64,000 nt of DNA from a bacterium. Its GTDB lineage: Bacteria > Omnitrophota > Gorgyraeia > Aquiviventales > Aquiviventaceae. A program made the position numbers and the translations under genes. Below the pieces are notes generated by a model. That model was not told the origin of the DNA. It saw nothing but the letters and a program-made list of their open reading frames with translations, and searched no databases. This document shows, in pieces, positions 1 to 8,084 of this stretch (its first letter is position 1; each line of letters starts with the position of its first letter). The stretch is taken from the NCBI GenBank assembly GCA_036396895.1, contig DASWKB010000043.1, positions 1,366 to 65,365 on the forward strand, given 5' to 3'.

Positions 1-883
1 GTGCCGGACGGGGAGCCGAGAGCAGCCGTGTAAACTCGTGGACCACCATGAACGCGTCCGTGACCTGGCGCTGGTACGCCTCGGCGAACATCGGATTCAG
101 CAGAAATGCCGCCACCCATGCCGGACCCGTCGCGTTCCGGCTGGCGAACGCCCGCGCGATCCGCCCCACGGCCTCCGCCACCAGCGCGCGGTCACGATGA
201 GGGCGGACGGCCTCCGCCGCCGCGGCCGGCCCTGAGCCGTAATGGGCCGCCAGCGCGTAGATGTCGTAGGCGTCCTTCTCCCGGTACCGTTCGCCCAGCA
301 CGATGCCCTTCATCGTCAGGCAACCGACGACGTCCGCCATGCGCATCGGCACCGTGTGCTCCCCGCCGTCCGGCAGGACGCCCGTCAACTCGATCATCGT
401 GTGATGATCGAACGCCGCCTCGCATCCGGCGAGCTTCCTGGCGAAGAGCGCGTCCTGCACCTCCAGGTGCGGACCGTCCGAGCCGTCCGGATCCAGCCGG
501 GTCAGGAAATCCACCCGGATCGTATAGGGCTTCTCCGTCGCGGGCGAGAGCACGGTGCGCTCGAAGCTGAACGGAATCTCACGGCCGCGGCGGCCCAGCG
601 CCGGACGATAGCCCCGCGCGCGCAGGAGCTCGACGATGGTCGCGTATTGGGGGTCGCCCACGCGCCGCGGGTCCACCACGAGGTCGATGTCGATGGAGCC
701 GACGTGCGCGAACGGATCGTCGGGCCGCTGATGCCGCTCGAGCAGGAAGTACGGCGCCCACCCGCCGATCAGGATGAGCGCATCGCGGTAGGCCCCCAGC
801 GCCGTCATGAGCTCCACCAACACCGAGCGCGACGCGCTCGTCACGCCGGGCCCGTAGCTGATCGCGGTGCGTTCGGCGCTCAT
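1..883 (-). CDS. nucleotidyltransferase-fold protein (AbiEii-like putative toxin); 3' end runs off the window
   Basis: Absent from the ORF track because no stop lies in the window. Reverse-strand ATG at 883-881 opens MSAERTAISYGPGV...LILIGGWAPYFLLE...HVGSIDIDLVVDP. This carries the minimal NTase pattern GG..A / GS.D.D. GC3 is high. The ORF starts 5 nt after the stop of the upstream gene. Confidence 0.6.
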   Translation of the reverse strand, partial: MSAERTAISYGPGVTSASRSVLVELMTALGAYRDALILIGGWAPYFLLERHQRPDDPFAHVGSIDIDLVVDPRRVGDPQYATIVELLRARGYRPALGRRGREIPFSFERTVLSPATEKPYTIRVDFLTRLDPDGSDGPHLEVQDALFARKLAGCEAAFDHHTMIELTGVLPDGGEHTVPMRMADVVGCLTMKGIVLGERYREKDAYDIYALAAHYGSGPAAAAEAVRPHRDRALVAEAVGRIARAFASRNATGPAWVAAFLLNPMFAEAYQRQVTDAFMVVHEFTRLLSAPRPA

Positions 884-888
884 CGCGA

Positions 889-1950
889 TCAGTACCCCAT
901 CGAACGGCGGAGAAACTCCGCCTGCTCCCGGCCCCGGCCCGGCTCCCGGCACAGATCGAGATAGAGCTGCACGGCGCCGACGAGCGTGACGCCGTCCGCC
1001 TCCGCGGACCGATCGACGACGCCCTCGTCGTACGGCAGGAGCAACACGGCGTTCGGCCCCGCCTCGGCCGGGCGCAGCTCCAGCGCCTCCATCCACTGCG
1101 GCACATCCGCCGATCCGGGCACGTACCAGCTCACCGCGCCGATGCCGTGGACGAACGGAGCCATGAGCGACGCGGCGGCGAATCCGGTGACGGCGTAGCG
1201 CCATCCGCGCGCGGCGGCGGTGTCCGCCACCCGCCGCAGGAGCCGGTCCGGATCCCGCTCGAAGCTGTAGGCCGGGTACGCGGCCGCCGGCTGCGTGCGC
1301 CCCTGATCCCGCCACGCATCGAGCAGCGCGCCGGGCCGAAGAAGCCTGAGCCCATCGGGTCCCCGCCCCAGCGCCTCCTCATCCATGAGCGCCCGCGTCA
1401 CATTGGAGGTCTGCCCGAGACTGACCCGGGAGGCGCGCGCCAGGTCTTGAAGTTTCCAGGTCCGCGCGGGGTCCTCGAGCAGCACCCGGATGACGCGGCT
1501 CGACACCGGGCTGAACACCGACGCGGGACGGCCCCGACCCGGGGCGGGGTTCCGCTCGACGGCCTTCTCGACGTACACGCCGCCGACGGCCAGGAAGACG
1601 TTCCCCGCCAGATCCAGGTAGCCCACCCCCTCCTCCCGGCAGATTTCCCTGACCCGAGGACTGAGATACGCCGACGCGAACATCGGGTAATCGGCTCCGC
1701 CGGCGCAGCCGGACTTGAGCTGCCGGACCGGCTCCCGCACCCGGCCGGGCACCGCCGCGTCCCGGACCGCGATGCAGAGCCTCAACCGCTCTCCGGAGGG
1801 CGCCAGCGCCGGCACGTGCAGCCGCCTGTCGCGGCCGCGCGCATCGCGGGTTTCCACCCGACCGAGCGACAGCGCCGGAAGCAGCCTGGGGAGCGCCTCC
1901 GCAAACCGCTCCAACGCCGAGCTTGATTTCATTATATAAGTAGTTTTCAT
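889..1950 (-). CDS. putative AbiEi-like antitoxin / HTH regulator (partner of the downstream NTase)
   Basis: 353-aa ORF. It has an HTH-like stretch (LQDLARASRVSLGQTSNVTRALMDE) and sits immediately upstream of an NTase-fold gene, as in type IV TA pairs. An alternative start is at 1932. Confidence 0.45.
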   Translation of the reverse strand: MKTTYIMKSSSALERFAEALPRLLPALSLGRVETRDARGRDRRLHVPALAPSGERLRLCIAVRDAAVPGRVREPVRQLKSGCAGGADYPMFASAYLSPRVREICREEGVGYLDLAGNVFLAVGGVYVEKAVERNPAPGRGRPASVFSPVSSRVIRVLLEDPARTWKLQDLARASRVSLGQTSNVTRALMDEEALGRGPDGLRLLRPGALLDAWRDQGRTQPAAAYPAYSFERDPDRLLRRVADTAAARGWRYAVTGFAAASLMAPFVHGIGAVSWYVPGSADVPQWMEALELRPAEAGPNAVLLLPYDEGVVDRSAEADGVTLVGAVQLYLDLCREPGRGREQAEFLRRSMGY

Positions 1951-1961
1951 TGTCCGATGAA

Positions 1962-1990
1962 ACTATGCCATAACATGATAATAATGTCAA
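1962..1990 (-). promoter_or_regulatory. sigma70-like promoter in an AT-rich island (TTGACA-N17-CATAGT)
   Basis: The reverse strand reads gcTTGACAttattatcatgttatggCATAGTttcatcggacaATG. It lies in a roughly 110-nt AT-rich patch (1921-2030) that is unusual for this GC-rich window. Confidence 0.4.
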
Positions 1991-2029
1991 GCTGAATTCC
2001 GAATTCCGCACTTGGCAAGGATGCGTTCC

Positions 2030-2734
2030 TTACCAAGGGATGAGCTGCTTGTCGCGGAACAGCCCTCCGGTGGGCCCGTCGTCCGGCAGCGTTGAAAGCC
2101 AGATGGGAGTCTCCGCCCCCTCTTCGACCGAGCGATCGGCATCGGGGCCGCCCATGTCCGTCCGGACCCATCCCGGACAGACCGCGTTGACGAGGATCCC
2201 CGCCCCGGCCAGTTCCGCCGCCAGCATCCGCGTCAGCGCGTTGAGCGCGGCCTTGGACATCCGGTAGCCGGGATACCCGCCCTCCATGTCGGTGAGCTGG
2301 CCGAGCCCGCTCGAGAGGTTGACGATCCTTCCGTAGCCGTGCCGGCGCATCAGCGGAATCAGCTCTTGCGCCACGCGCCAGGCGCCGAGCGCGTTCGTCT
2401 CGAGCGTCGCGCGGACGACGCCGAGATCCGCCTCCAAGGCCGCGCGCTTGGCGTCGAGAAACACGCCCGCGTTGTTCACGAGGACGTCCGCCCGTCCGAG
2501 CGAGGAACGCGCGAATTCGCCGAAGCGACGGACGCTGGCCTCGTCCGTCACGTCGAGCTGATGCGCGTCAACCGGATGGCCGGCCGCGGCGAGCCCTGCG
2601 GCGGCCGCGCGGCCTTTCGCGTCATCCCGCGCCGTCAGCACCACGCGCAGGCCGCGCTCGGCCAGCCGGCGCGAAATCTCCAGACCCAGCCCCCGGTTCG
2701 CCCCGGTCACCACCGCCACGCGCCGCTCGCTCAT
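2030..2734 (-). CDS. short-chain dehydrogenase/reductase (SDR)
   Basis: MSERRVAVVTGANRGLG (TGxxxGxG), NNAG and YxxxK (YRMSKAALNAL). The track ORF 2030..3298 is trimmed to the ATG at 2734, which overlaps the upstream gene's stop by 4 nt. Confidence 0.9.
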   Translation of the reverse strand: MSERRVAVVTGANRGLGLEISRRLAERGLRVVLTARDDAKGRAAAAGLAAAGHPVDAHQLDVTDEASVRRFGEFARSSLGRADVLVNNAGVFLDAKRAALEADLGVVRATLETNALGAWRVAQELIPLMRRHGYGRIVNLSSGLGQLTDMEGGYPGYRMSKAALNALTRMLAAELAGAGILVNAVCPGWVRTDMGGPDADRSVEEGAETPIWLSTLPDDGPTGGLFRDKQLIPW

Positions 2735-3291
2735 CGCGCGTCCTCGGCTTCCCGCTCCGGGCGGCTCCTCCGCCAGGCCGCCAGCAATCCGTCGAGATAC
2801 GCCGCGGCCTCCGCGGAGGACGTCGTCACCGTCAGCTGCGGATCTTGCGGCGCCGTCGCGTCGAACACGACCCGCGCCGGCGTCCAGGCCGCCGGCTCCA
2901 CCGGGGACGCCGCGCCCGGCGGCGCGGACGCGAACGTGAACTCGAACTCCGCGTCGAGCACCATGCCGTACACGCTCGTGCGCAGCGCGAGCGCTCGTAA
3001 ACGGGTGAACGCAAGCGGACGGTCGCGCGCCTCGGCGAACGCCTCGAGCTGCGCTGCGCTCGCCGGGAATCGCTCGTGCGACTTCCAGAAGGCGTAGATC
3101 AGACGGCCGAGCTGCTCGGCCTCCTCCGCCAGCGGGTCCGTGGGACGCGTCGGGACCGGCGGCGTCACGGCGACGGGAGCGATGGGCATGGCGGGCGCCG
3201 CGCCCGGCGAGCCCGCGGCCAGCCGCGACCCCGCGCATCCCGCCGCCGCCACGGCCAGCAGCACCGCGCCGACCGCCGCTGCGACGTCCAT
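2731..3291 (-). CDS. lipoprotein, unknown function
   Basis: MDVAAAVGAVLLAVAAAGC carries a signal peptide and lipobox. The gene is translationally coupled to the SDR. Confidence 0.55.
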   Translation of the reverse strand: MDVAAAVGAVLLAVAAAGCAGSRLAAGSPGAAPAMPIAPVAVTPPVPTRPTDPLAEEAEQLGRLIYAFWKSHERFPASAAQLEAFAEARDRPLAFTRLRALALRTSVYGMVLDAEFEFTFASAPPGAASPVEPAAWTPARVVFDATAPQDPQLTVTTSSAEAAAYLDGLLAAWRRSRPEREAEDAR

Positions 3292-3444
3292 CGTCCATCG
3301 TTCACAGTCCACAGACCACCGTCCACAGACCACAGCCCAATACCCGACTCGTGCACGCATGGACACTCTCATGACCGTGCTGCACATGATGTCATGGCGG
3401 TGGACCGTCGTCTGTGGACTGTGGACTCGTTGCGATGGACGAAT
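3288..3444. repeat. long imperfect inverted repeat built from GTCCACAG-type units
   Basis: Left arm: cgtccatcgttcacagtccacagaccaccgtccac. Reverse complement of the right arm: cgtccatcgcaacgagtccacagtccacagacgacggtccac. The spacer is about 74 nt. Confidence 0.7.
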
Positions 3445-4877
3445 CAGGCGGCGAGCGCCGCCGCCTCCTCCGGCAGGGACGCGACGGGCAGCGGCCGCGC
3501 GCGTCCGCCCCGTCGGAAGTATGCCCGAAGCGCCCCGTACACGTCGTAGTCGAATGCTCCGGAGGCGTCCAGCGGCAGCGCCGACGCGGCGCCGTCATGG
3601 ACGGCCGATGCCTCCATCAGGCGCCACCCACCGACGACGAACCGGTGGCCGCCGGCGCCGCGGACGTCGCGTTCCTCGATCACCACGGCCCCGGCGTACG
3701 GCCAAGAGGCGACGCGCCTGGCGGCAAAGGCTATCGTGAACCGCGCGTTGTAGAGCGCGGCCCGTTCCCGGCCGGCGCACGCGCCCCGGCACATCTTGAG
3801 CTGGACGCGGGCGCAGGCGCCTCGTCCTCGTTCCAGGCCGCAGAGTCTGAAACAGAGTCGGTGCTCGGCGGCGAGCTCCTCGAGGACCGCCTTGGCCTGC
3901 GCCCGGTTGCGGAACACGCCGAGAATCGATCCGGGATCGAGGTCCGCGAGCGTCTCGAGATCTTCGATGACGATCGCGGCATACCCGCGCGCCGCGGCGG
4001 CTTCCCGGGCGATGGTCCAGCGCCGCCTGGCCCGGCCGCGGCGGTTGTACAGCGGAGACAGCGTGCGGATGAGCGCCAGCTCCGCTAGCAGCGCCCCGAG
4101 CTCGCCGTAGGTCCGGTGCGCCGTCACGCTCGCCGTCCGCTCCCGGAGCGTCCGGGCCAGCGCCGCCCGGTGGTCGTCGCGGAAGTGCGCCAGCACCCGC
4201 GCGCGCACCCTGAGGCTCTTGCCGACGTAGAGCACGACGCCGGCTTCATCCGACAAGACATACGCGCCGGGCCCCTCCGGCAGCGCGTCCACGACGGCGG
4301 GGTCGAGCCGCGGCGGCAGCGTCGGCGTTTCCAGCAGCTGCGTCACCGCCCGACTGAAGCGCGCGGGCGCGATGCGCCGCTGGGACAGCTTGAGGAACCC
4401 CCAGACGACCCCGGCGTCGTCCAGCGCCCGGTGCCGGTTGGCGCACCGCAGCCCGAAGCGCGTGATCAGGCTGCTCAATCCGTGGCGCCGGTGCCTGGGG
4501 TACAGCGCCCGCGAGAGCCGCACTGTGCACAGGCACGGCGCCTCGAACGCGTCGTCCAGCCGGGCGAACTCCTGGCGGATGAACCCGTAATCGAACCGGG
4601 CGTTGTGCGCGACGAACACGCAGCCGTCCAGCAGCCGGCGCACGCGGGGAGCCACCGCATCGAACGACGGGGCGTCCTCCACCTCGTCGTTCGTGATGCC
4701 CGTGAGCTGCTGAATCCAGGGAGGAATCCGGCGGCCGGGATTGACGAGACTGCTGAACGAATCGACCAGGCGGCCTCGCTCGACGCGGTGGATGCCCACC
4801 TCGATGATGCGGTCATGCGAGGCGTGCGCGCCCGTGGTCTCGACGTCCACAATGGCCAGGTTGAGCGACTTCAACAT
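3444..4877 (-). CDS. DnaQ-like 3'-5' exonuclease fused to a GIY-YIG (UvrC/Cho-like) nuclease domain
   Basis: Exonuclease motifs: LAIVDVETTG, AHNARFDYGF, HRALDDA. GIY-YIG motifs: GAYVLSDEAGVVLYVGKS...LYN. An alternative start is at 4928. Confidence 0.85.
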   Translation of the reverse strand: MLKSLNLAIVDVETTGAHASHDRIIEVGIHRVERGRLVDSFSSLVNPGRRIPPWIQQLTGITNDEVEDAPSFDAVAPRVRRLLDGCVFVAHNARFDYGFIRQEFARLDDAFEAPCLCTVRLSRALYPRHRRHGLSSLITRFGLRCANRHRALDDAGVVWGFLKLSQRRIAPARFSRAVTQLLETPTLPPRLDPAVVDALPEGPGAYVLSDEAGVVLYVGKSLRVRARVLAHFRDDHRAALARTLRERTASVTAHRTYGELGALLAELALIRTLSPLYNRRGRARRRWTIAREAAAARGYAAIVIEDLETLADLDPGSILGVFRNRAQAKAVLEELAAEHRLCFRLCGLERGRGACARVQLKMCRGACAGRERAALYNARFTIAFAARRVASWPYAGAVVIEERDVRGAGGHRFVVGGWRLMEASAVHDGAASALPLDASGAFDYDVYGALRAYFRRGGRARPLPVASLPEEAAALAA

Positions 4878-4931
4878 CGCGCAAGCATTGTACGCCCCCG
4901 GAGGAGTCTTCTCCAGTCCCGGCGCCACGCG

Positions 4932-5030
4932 GTGGTGTCTCAGTGTGGGACCACCGATGCCACAGCACGTTCACCCTGCTTCGCGCCCTGCGCTTCGCAG
5001 GGGTGGAGCTTTCCTCTGTGTCTCTGTGGT
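4932..5030. repeat. intergenic repeat, family B (copy 1)
   Basis: It shares gttcaccctgcttcgcgccctg(c/t)gcttcgcaggg and tggagct(g)ttcctctgtgtctctgtggt with 12227-12375. Confidence 0.75.
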
Positions 5031-5064
5031 AGCGTATACTGGCGGGCGTGATGGAGCGCTCCCC

Positions 5065-5889
5065 ATGAGTCCAACCGGCCCGACCCCGCCCCGCGCGGAG
5101 CTGCCCCATCAGCACGGGGCGTGGTCCATTCTGGCCGCCGCGTTCCTGCTGGGTCTCGGGGCCGCTCCGGGACCGGTCCCCGGACGCGTGTGGGCCCTGC
5201 TGGCGGCGATCCTGGCCGGGTTCATCGGACGCGAACTCCTCAGCCGGCACCTGCGCCAGGCCGCGCGGACCGGTCCCGCAGCGGCGCGGCGCCTGACGCT
5301 CCTCGCCGTCTGCGGCGCGGTCATCCTGCTGGCATGCTCGTGGCTGATGCTGCGCCATCGCTTGATCTGGCTGGCCGCCTTCGGCGCGATCGAAGCGGCA
5401 TGCGTCCTCATCCTGGGCGGGTTCGAGCGGCGGCGGCGCCATTTGTCGCTCGAGGCGGAGCTGGTCGGCACCGCCGGCTTGAGCCTCGTGACGCTGATCA
5501 CCGCCTATGCGAAGACGGGCGCGCTGTCGGCGGACGCCGTCGGCCTGTGGGCCACGAGCGCGCTCTTCTTCTGCGCCAGCGTCTTCCACGTCCGCTATAT
5601 CGTCCGCCGCCGCATCGAGCGCGCGGGCCCGCTGAGCGCCCGGCTGCGGGCCGGTGCCGTGTCCGTCCTGTACCACGCCGTCGCCGCCGGGGTTATCGCC
5701 GGGATGGGCCTCGCGGGTCTGCTGCCGCCTCTGGCGGGCGTCGCGTGGGTCCCCGTCCTGGGCAAGGCGCTCCTGACGGCGCTGCGGCGGGACACCGGCC
5801 GGCTCGTGATGCGGAGGATCGGACTCACCGAACTTGCCCACACGACCCTGTTCGTCCTGCTCACCATCGTCGCCTGGCGCGCCGCGTAG
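5065..5889 (+). CDS. YwiC-like polytopic membrane protein
   Basis: MSPTGPTPPRAELPHQHGAWSILAAAFLLG followed by multiple TM segments. The track ORF is trimmed to the ATG at 5065. Confidence 0.55.
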   Translation: MSPTGPTPPRAELPHQHGAWSILAAAFLLGLGAAPGPVPGRVWALLAAILAGFIGRELLSRHLRQAARTGPAAARRLTLLAVCGAVILLACSWLMLRHRLIWLAAFGAIEAACVLILGGFERRRRHLSLEAELVGTAGLSLVTLITAYAKTGALSADAVGLWATSALFFCASVFHVRYIVRRRIERAGPLSARLRAGAVSVLYHAVAAGVIAGMGLAGLLPPLAGVAWVPVLGKALLTALRRDTGRLVMRRIGLTELAHTTLFVLLTIVAWRAA

Positions 5890-5904
5890 CAACCAGCGAC
5901 CGGC

Positions 5905-6050
5905 AACCCCGTCCGGGACAGGGGACACGGGACAAGGGACGTGTCGTGCAATCGTTGAACAGGCTTCTACTTTCCAGCTTCCAGCCTCCAGCCTCAAGCC
6001 TCAGACCCGTGTTGACGCACATGCTCCCTGTCCCTTGTCCCACGTCCCAG
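5905..6050. repeat. MITE-like structured repeat, family C (copy 1; 98-nt core 5936-6033)
   Basis: The core is near-identical to 12433-12530. The arms are inverted arrays of GGGACA-type units (gggacaggggacacgggacaaggga / tccctgtcccttgtcccacgtccc). Confidence 0.8.
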
Positions 6051-6067
6051 CCAAGGAGGGGAGTGCG

Positions 6068-7018
6068 TTACAGCTCTCCCCACGACACGACGCGCGTCCC
6101 GTCGTACACGATCCTGGCGCGGAACGTGTCCGTGCTGGCGCCCGGCACCGCGGTCGAGAGCGCGCCCGGAGGCAGGAACAGCCAGCCCGGCGCGAGCACC
6201 GGAACCGGATGCCCCGTACCGAACACGTCGGCCGTCGTCATGCTCACGGGCCGGCGTCCGGCGTCGTCCGGCGCGAGCGTCCGTCCGGAGACGGGCGATG
6301 CCGGCGCGCCGGCGCCGCCCGGCTCGCGCGAAAGCTCATCGGACAGCACGAGATCGAGATCGCCGTCCCCGTCCACGTCGGTGAAGCTCGCCAGCATGTG
6401 GTAGCCGATCTCGATCGCCGCCTGGCTTCCCCCGGTCAGGGTCTCGGCGCCGCTCCAGAGGTCCGTGCGGCCGGAGAACGCCCCGGAGAACTGCAGGAGG
6501 TCCGGCACCCCATCCTGATCGGTGTAGAGCACCTGGAGATCCAGCGCGCCCGGCCAACCGTCGCGCTCGAACACGGGCCGAATGCGCCGCGCCACGATGA
6601 CCGAGATCGTGCGGCGGACGCCGTCACCGCCTGGCGACGGCGCGCTCATGCCGCTCGCGACGAACTGGACCCGGTCCGTCTCGAGGGGGACCGCGCGCAC
6701 CTCGTAGGCGCCCAGCGGCGCCGGGTCTCCCGCGGCGGACAGCGTCGCGCGCAGCGGAAAGCGCCCGCGGTCCCAGGCCGCGTCCCAGTCCTGCGTCAGG
6801 AGATCATTCGCGGCGTCGAGCCCCGCCTCGGCGAGGTAGAGCGCCTGCGCCCGATTCACCGTGCGCCCCACCATCCGCACCTGGACGGTCAGCAGCGTGA
6901 AAAACGTCGCCACCGCCGCGCCCAGGAACGCCAGGAACATGAGCGCCGTCGGCAGCAGGTAGCCGCCCTCCCGCCCGCGAGCGGCGTCAGCGGTTGCGCA
7001 GCCGGAACGTGGCGGCAT
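6068..7018 (-). CDS. GspK/PilX-like minor pseudopilin with an FG-GAP/VCBS-like segment
   Basis: N-terminal hydrophobic helix GGYLLPTALMFLAFLGAAVATFFTLL, then NRAQALYLAEAGLD, and FTDVDGDGDLDLVLSD. It is the last gene of the pseudopilin operon. Confidence 0.55.
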   Translation of the reverse strand: MPPRSGCATADAARGREGGYLLPTALMFLAFLGAAVATFFTLLTVQVRMVGRTVNRAQALYLAEAGLDAANDLLTQDWDAAWDRGRFPLRATLSAAGDPAPLGAYEVRAVPLETDRVQFVASGMSAPSPGGDGVRRTISVIVARRIRPVFERDGWPGALDLQVLYTDQDGVPDLLQFSGAFSGRTDLWSGAETLTGGSQAAIEIGYHMLASFTDVDGDGDLDLVLSDELSREPGGAGAPASPVSGRTLAPDDAGRRPVSMTTADVFGTGHPVPVLAPGWLFLPPGALSTAVPGASTDTFRARIVYDGTRVVSWGEL

Positions 7019-7625
7019 ACCGTCGCTCCTTCATGTGCGCCGTCTCCCCTTCGGCGCCGAGCTGCACGCGCAGCCGGAGGGTGATCGCGCGCGCCTGCGC
7101 AAGCACCGGCTGGTCGAACTCGAACAATCCCCCGCCGTCCGGGCGCGCGTCCAAACCCGCGAGCAGCTCGCGGGTGTCCGCACGGCGCAAGCCCGGCGCG
7201 AGGTCCCTGAGCGATCCCCCCTGCGCGTCCCGGTTCGTGAACACCCGGCGCGTCAGGCGGGAGCCGTCCGCTTCGGACTTACGCTCGTACACGATGAAAT
7301 CGTAGACGCCGTTCCGCTCCCGGCCGGCCGGATCAAACGCGGGGAGCCTCAGGATCAGCGTGTCGCTGCCCGTCCGGGCCTGGCTGCGGTAGGTGCGGCC
7401 GTCCAACACCACGGACTCCAAGGCGCCCGACGCCGCCTGAACGTCCCGCTCGAGGTGCTCCCGGAGCACCAGGACGCCGGTGTGCACCTGCTCACCCCGG
7501 CGCGCCCAGGTCAGCGACCGCGCGGTGCTGAGCAGGAAGTACGACAGCGCGCCGAGCAGCACGGAGGCGATCGCGAGGGTGCAGAGCATCTCGACCAGGG
7601 TGATCCCGCGCCTACCGGATGCCAT
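6987..7625 (-). CDS. prepilin-type N-terminal cleavage/methylation domain protein (GspJ-like pseudopilin)
   Basis: MASGRRG|ITLVEMLCTLAIASVLLGAL is a class III signal peptide with Glu at +5. Confidence 0.7.
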   Translation of the reverse strand: MASGRRGITLVEMLCTLAIASVLLGALSYFLLSTARSLTWARRGEQVHTGVLVLREHLERDVQAASGALESVVLDGRTYRSQARTGSDTLILRLPAFDPAGRERNGVYDFIVYERKSEADGSRLTRRVFTNRDAQGGSLRDLAPGLRRADTRELLAGLDARPDGGGLFEFDQPVLAQARAITLRLRVQLGAEGETAHMKERRYAATFRLRNR

Positions 7626-8058
7626 GGGGATACACCTCGGTGACCAGAGTGACGGGCGCGCCGGGATCGTCCGCGCGCGCGAACTTCACCGTCACTCTGG
7701 CGTGGCGGCCTTCCAGGCGCTCAATGGTCACCTCTCCCACGGCCTCGCCCGCGCGAATCCGAGCGCTCTCGAGCTCGCCGTAGGGGCGGCCGCGCACGCG
7801 CTCCATCTCCCCCTGCGCCAGATTGAGCAGTTCCGTCCTGATCTCGGTGGCGCGCATCATCCGCATGCCGTGCGTCCACGCCATCGAGAGCGACACAAGC
7901 AGGCTGATCGAAATGACCAGCCCGAAGAGGAGATCCACGTAACTGATGCCCAGCCTCCGTTCGCGTACCGCGTACCGCGTCACGCGTAACGTGGGCCCCC
8001 ACGTTCCGGGCTGAAGACAAGAGAGCTGCGAGGAGCCGCGGCGCGGGAGATGCGACAT
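7612..8058 (-). CDS. small pseudopilin-like protein (atypical, Asp at +5)
   Basis: RERRLG|ISYVDLLFGLVISISLLVSL. A GTG at 7983 would give a shorter, more typical leader. The long track ORF 7612..8508 is rejected upstream of 8058. Confidence 0.5.
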   Translation of the reverse strand: MSHLPRRGSSQLSCLQPGTWGPTLRVTRYAVRERRLGISYVDLLFGLVISISLLVSLSMAWTHGMRMMRATEIRTELLNLAQGEMERVRGRPYGELESARIRAGEAVGEVTIERLEGRHARVTVKFARADDPGAPVTLVTEVYPHGIR

Positions 8059-8084
8059 GCCGGAACGCGGGGATGGCGGTCGGA

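Noticed and set aside
2735-3298. N-terminal 188-aa extension of the track ORF 2030..3298
   Set aside because: The SDR fold starts at MSERRVAVVTGANRGLG (ATG at 2734). The upstream region is better explained by the lipoprotein gene 2731..3291 in another frame with a 4-nt coupling overlap.
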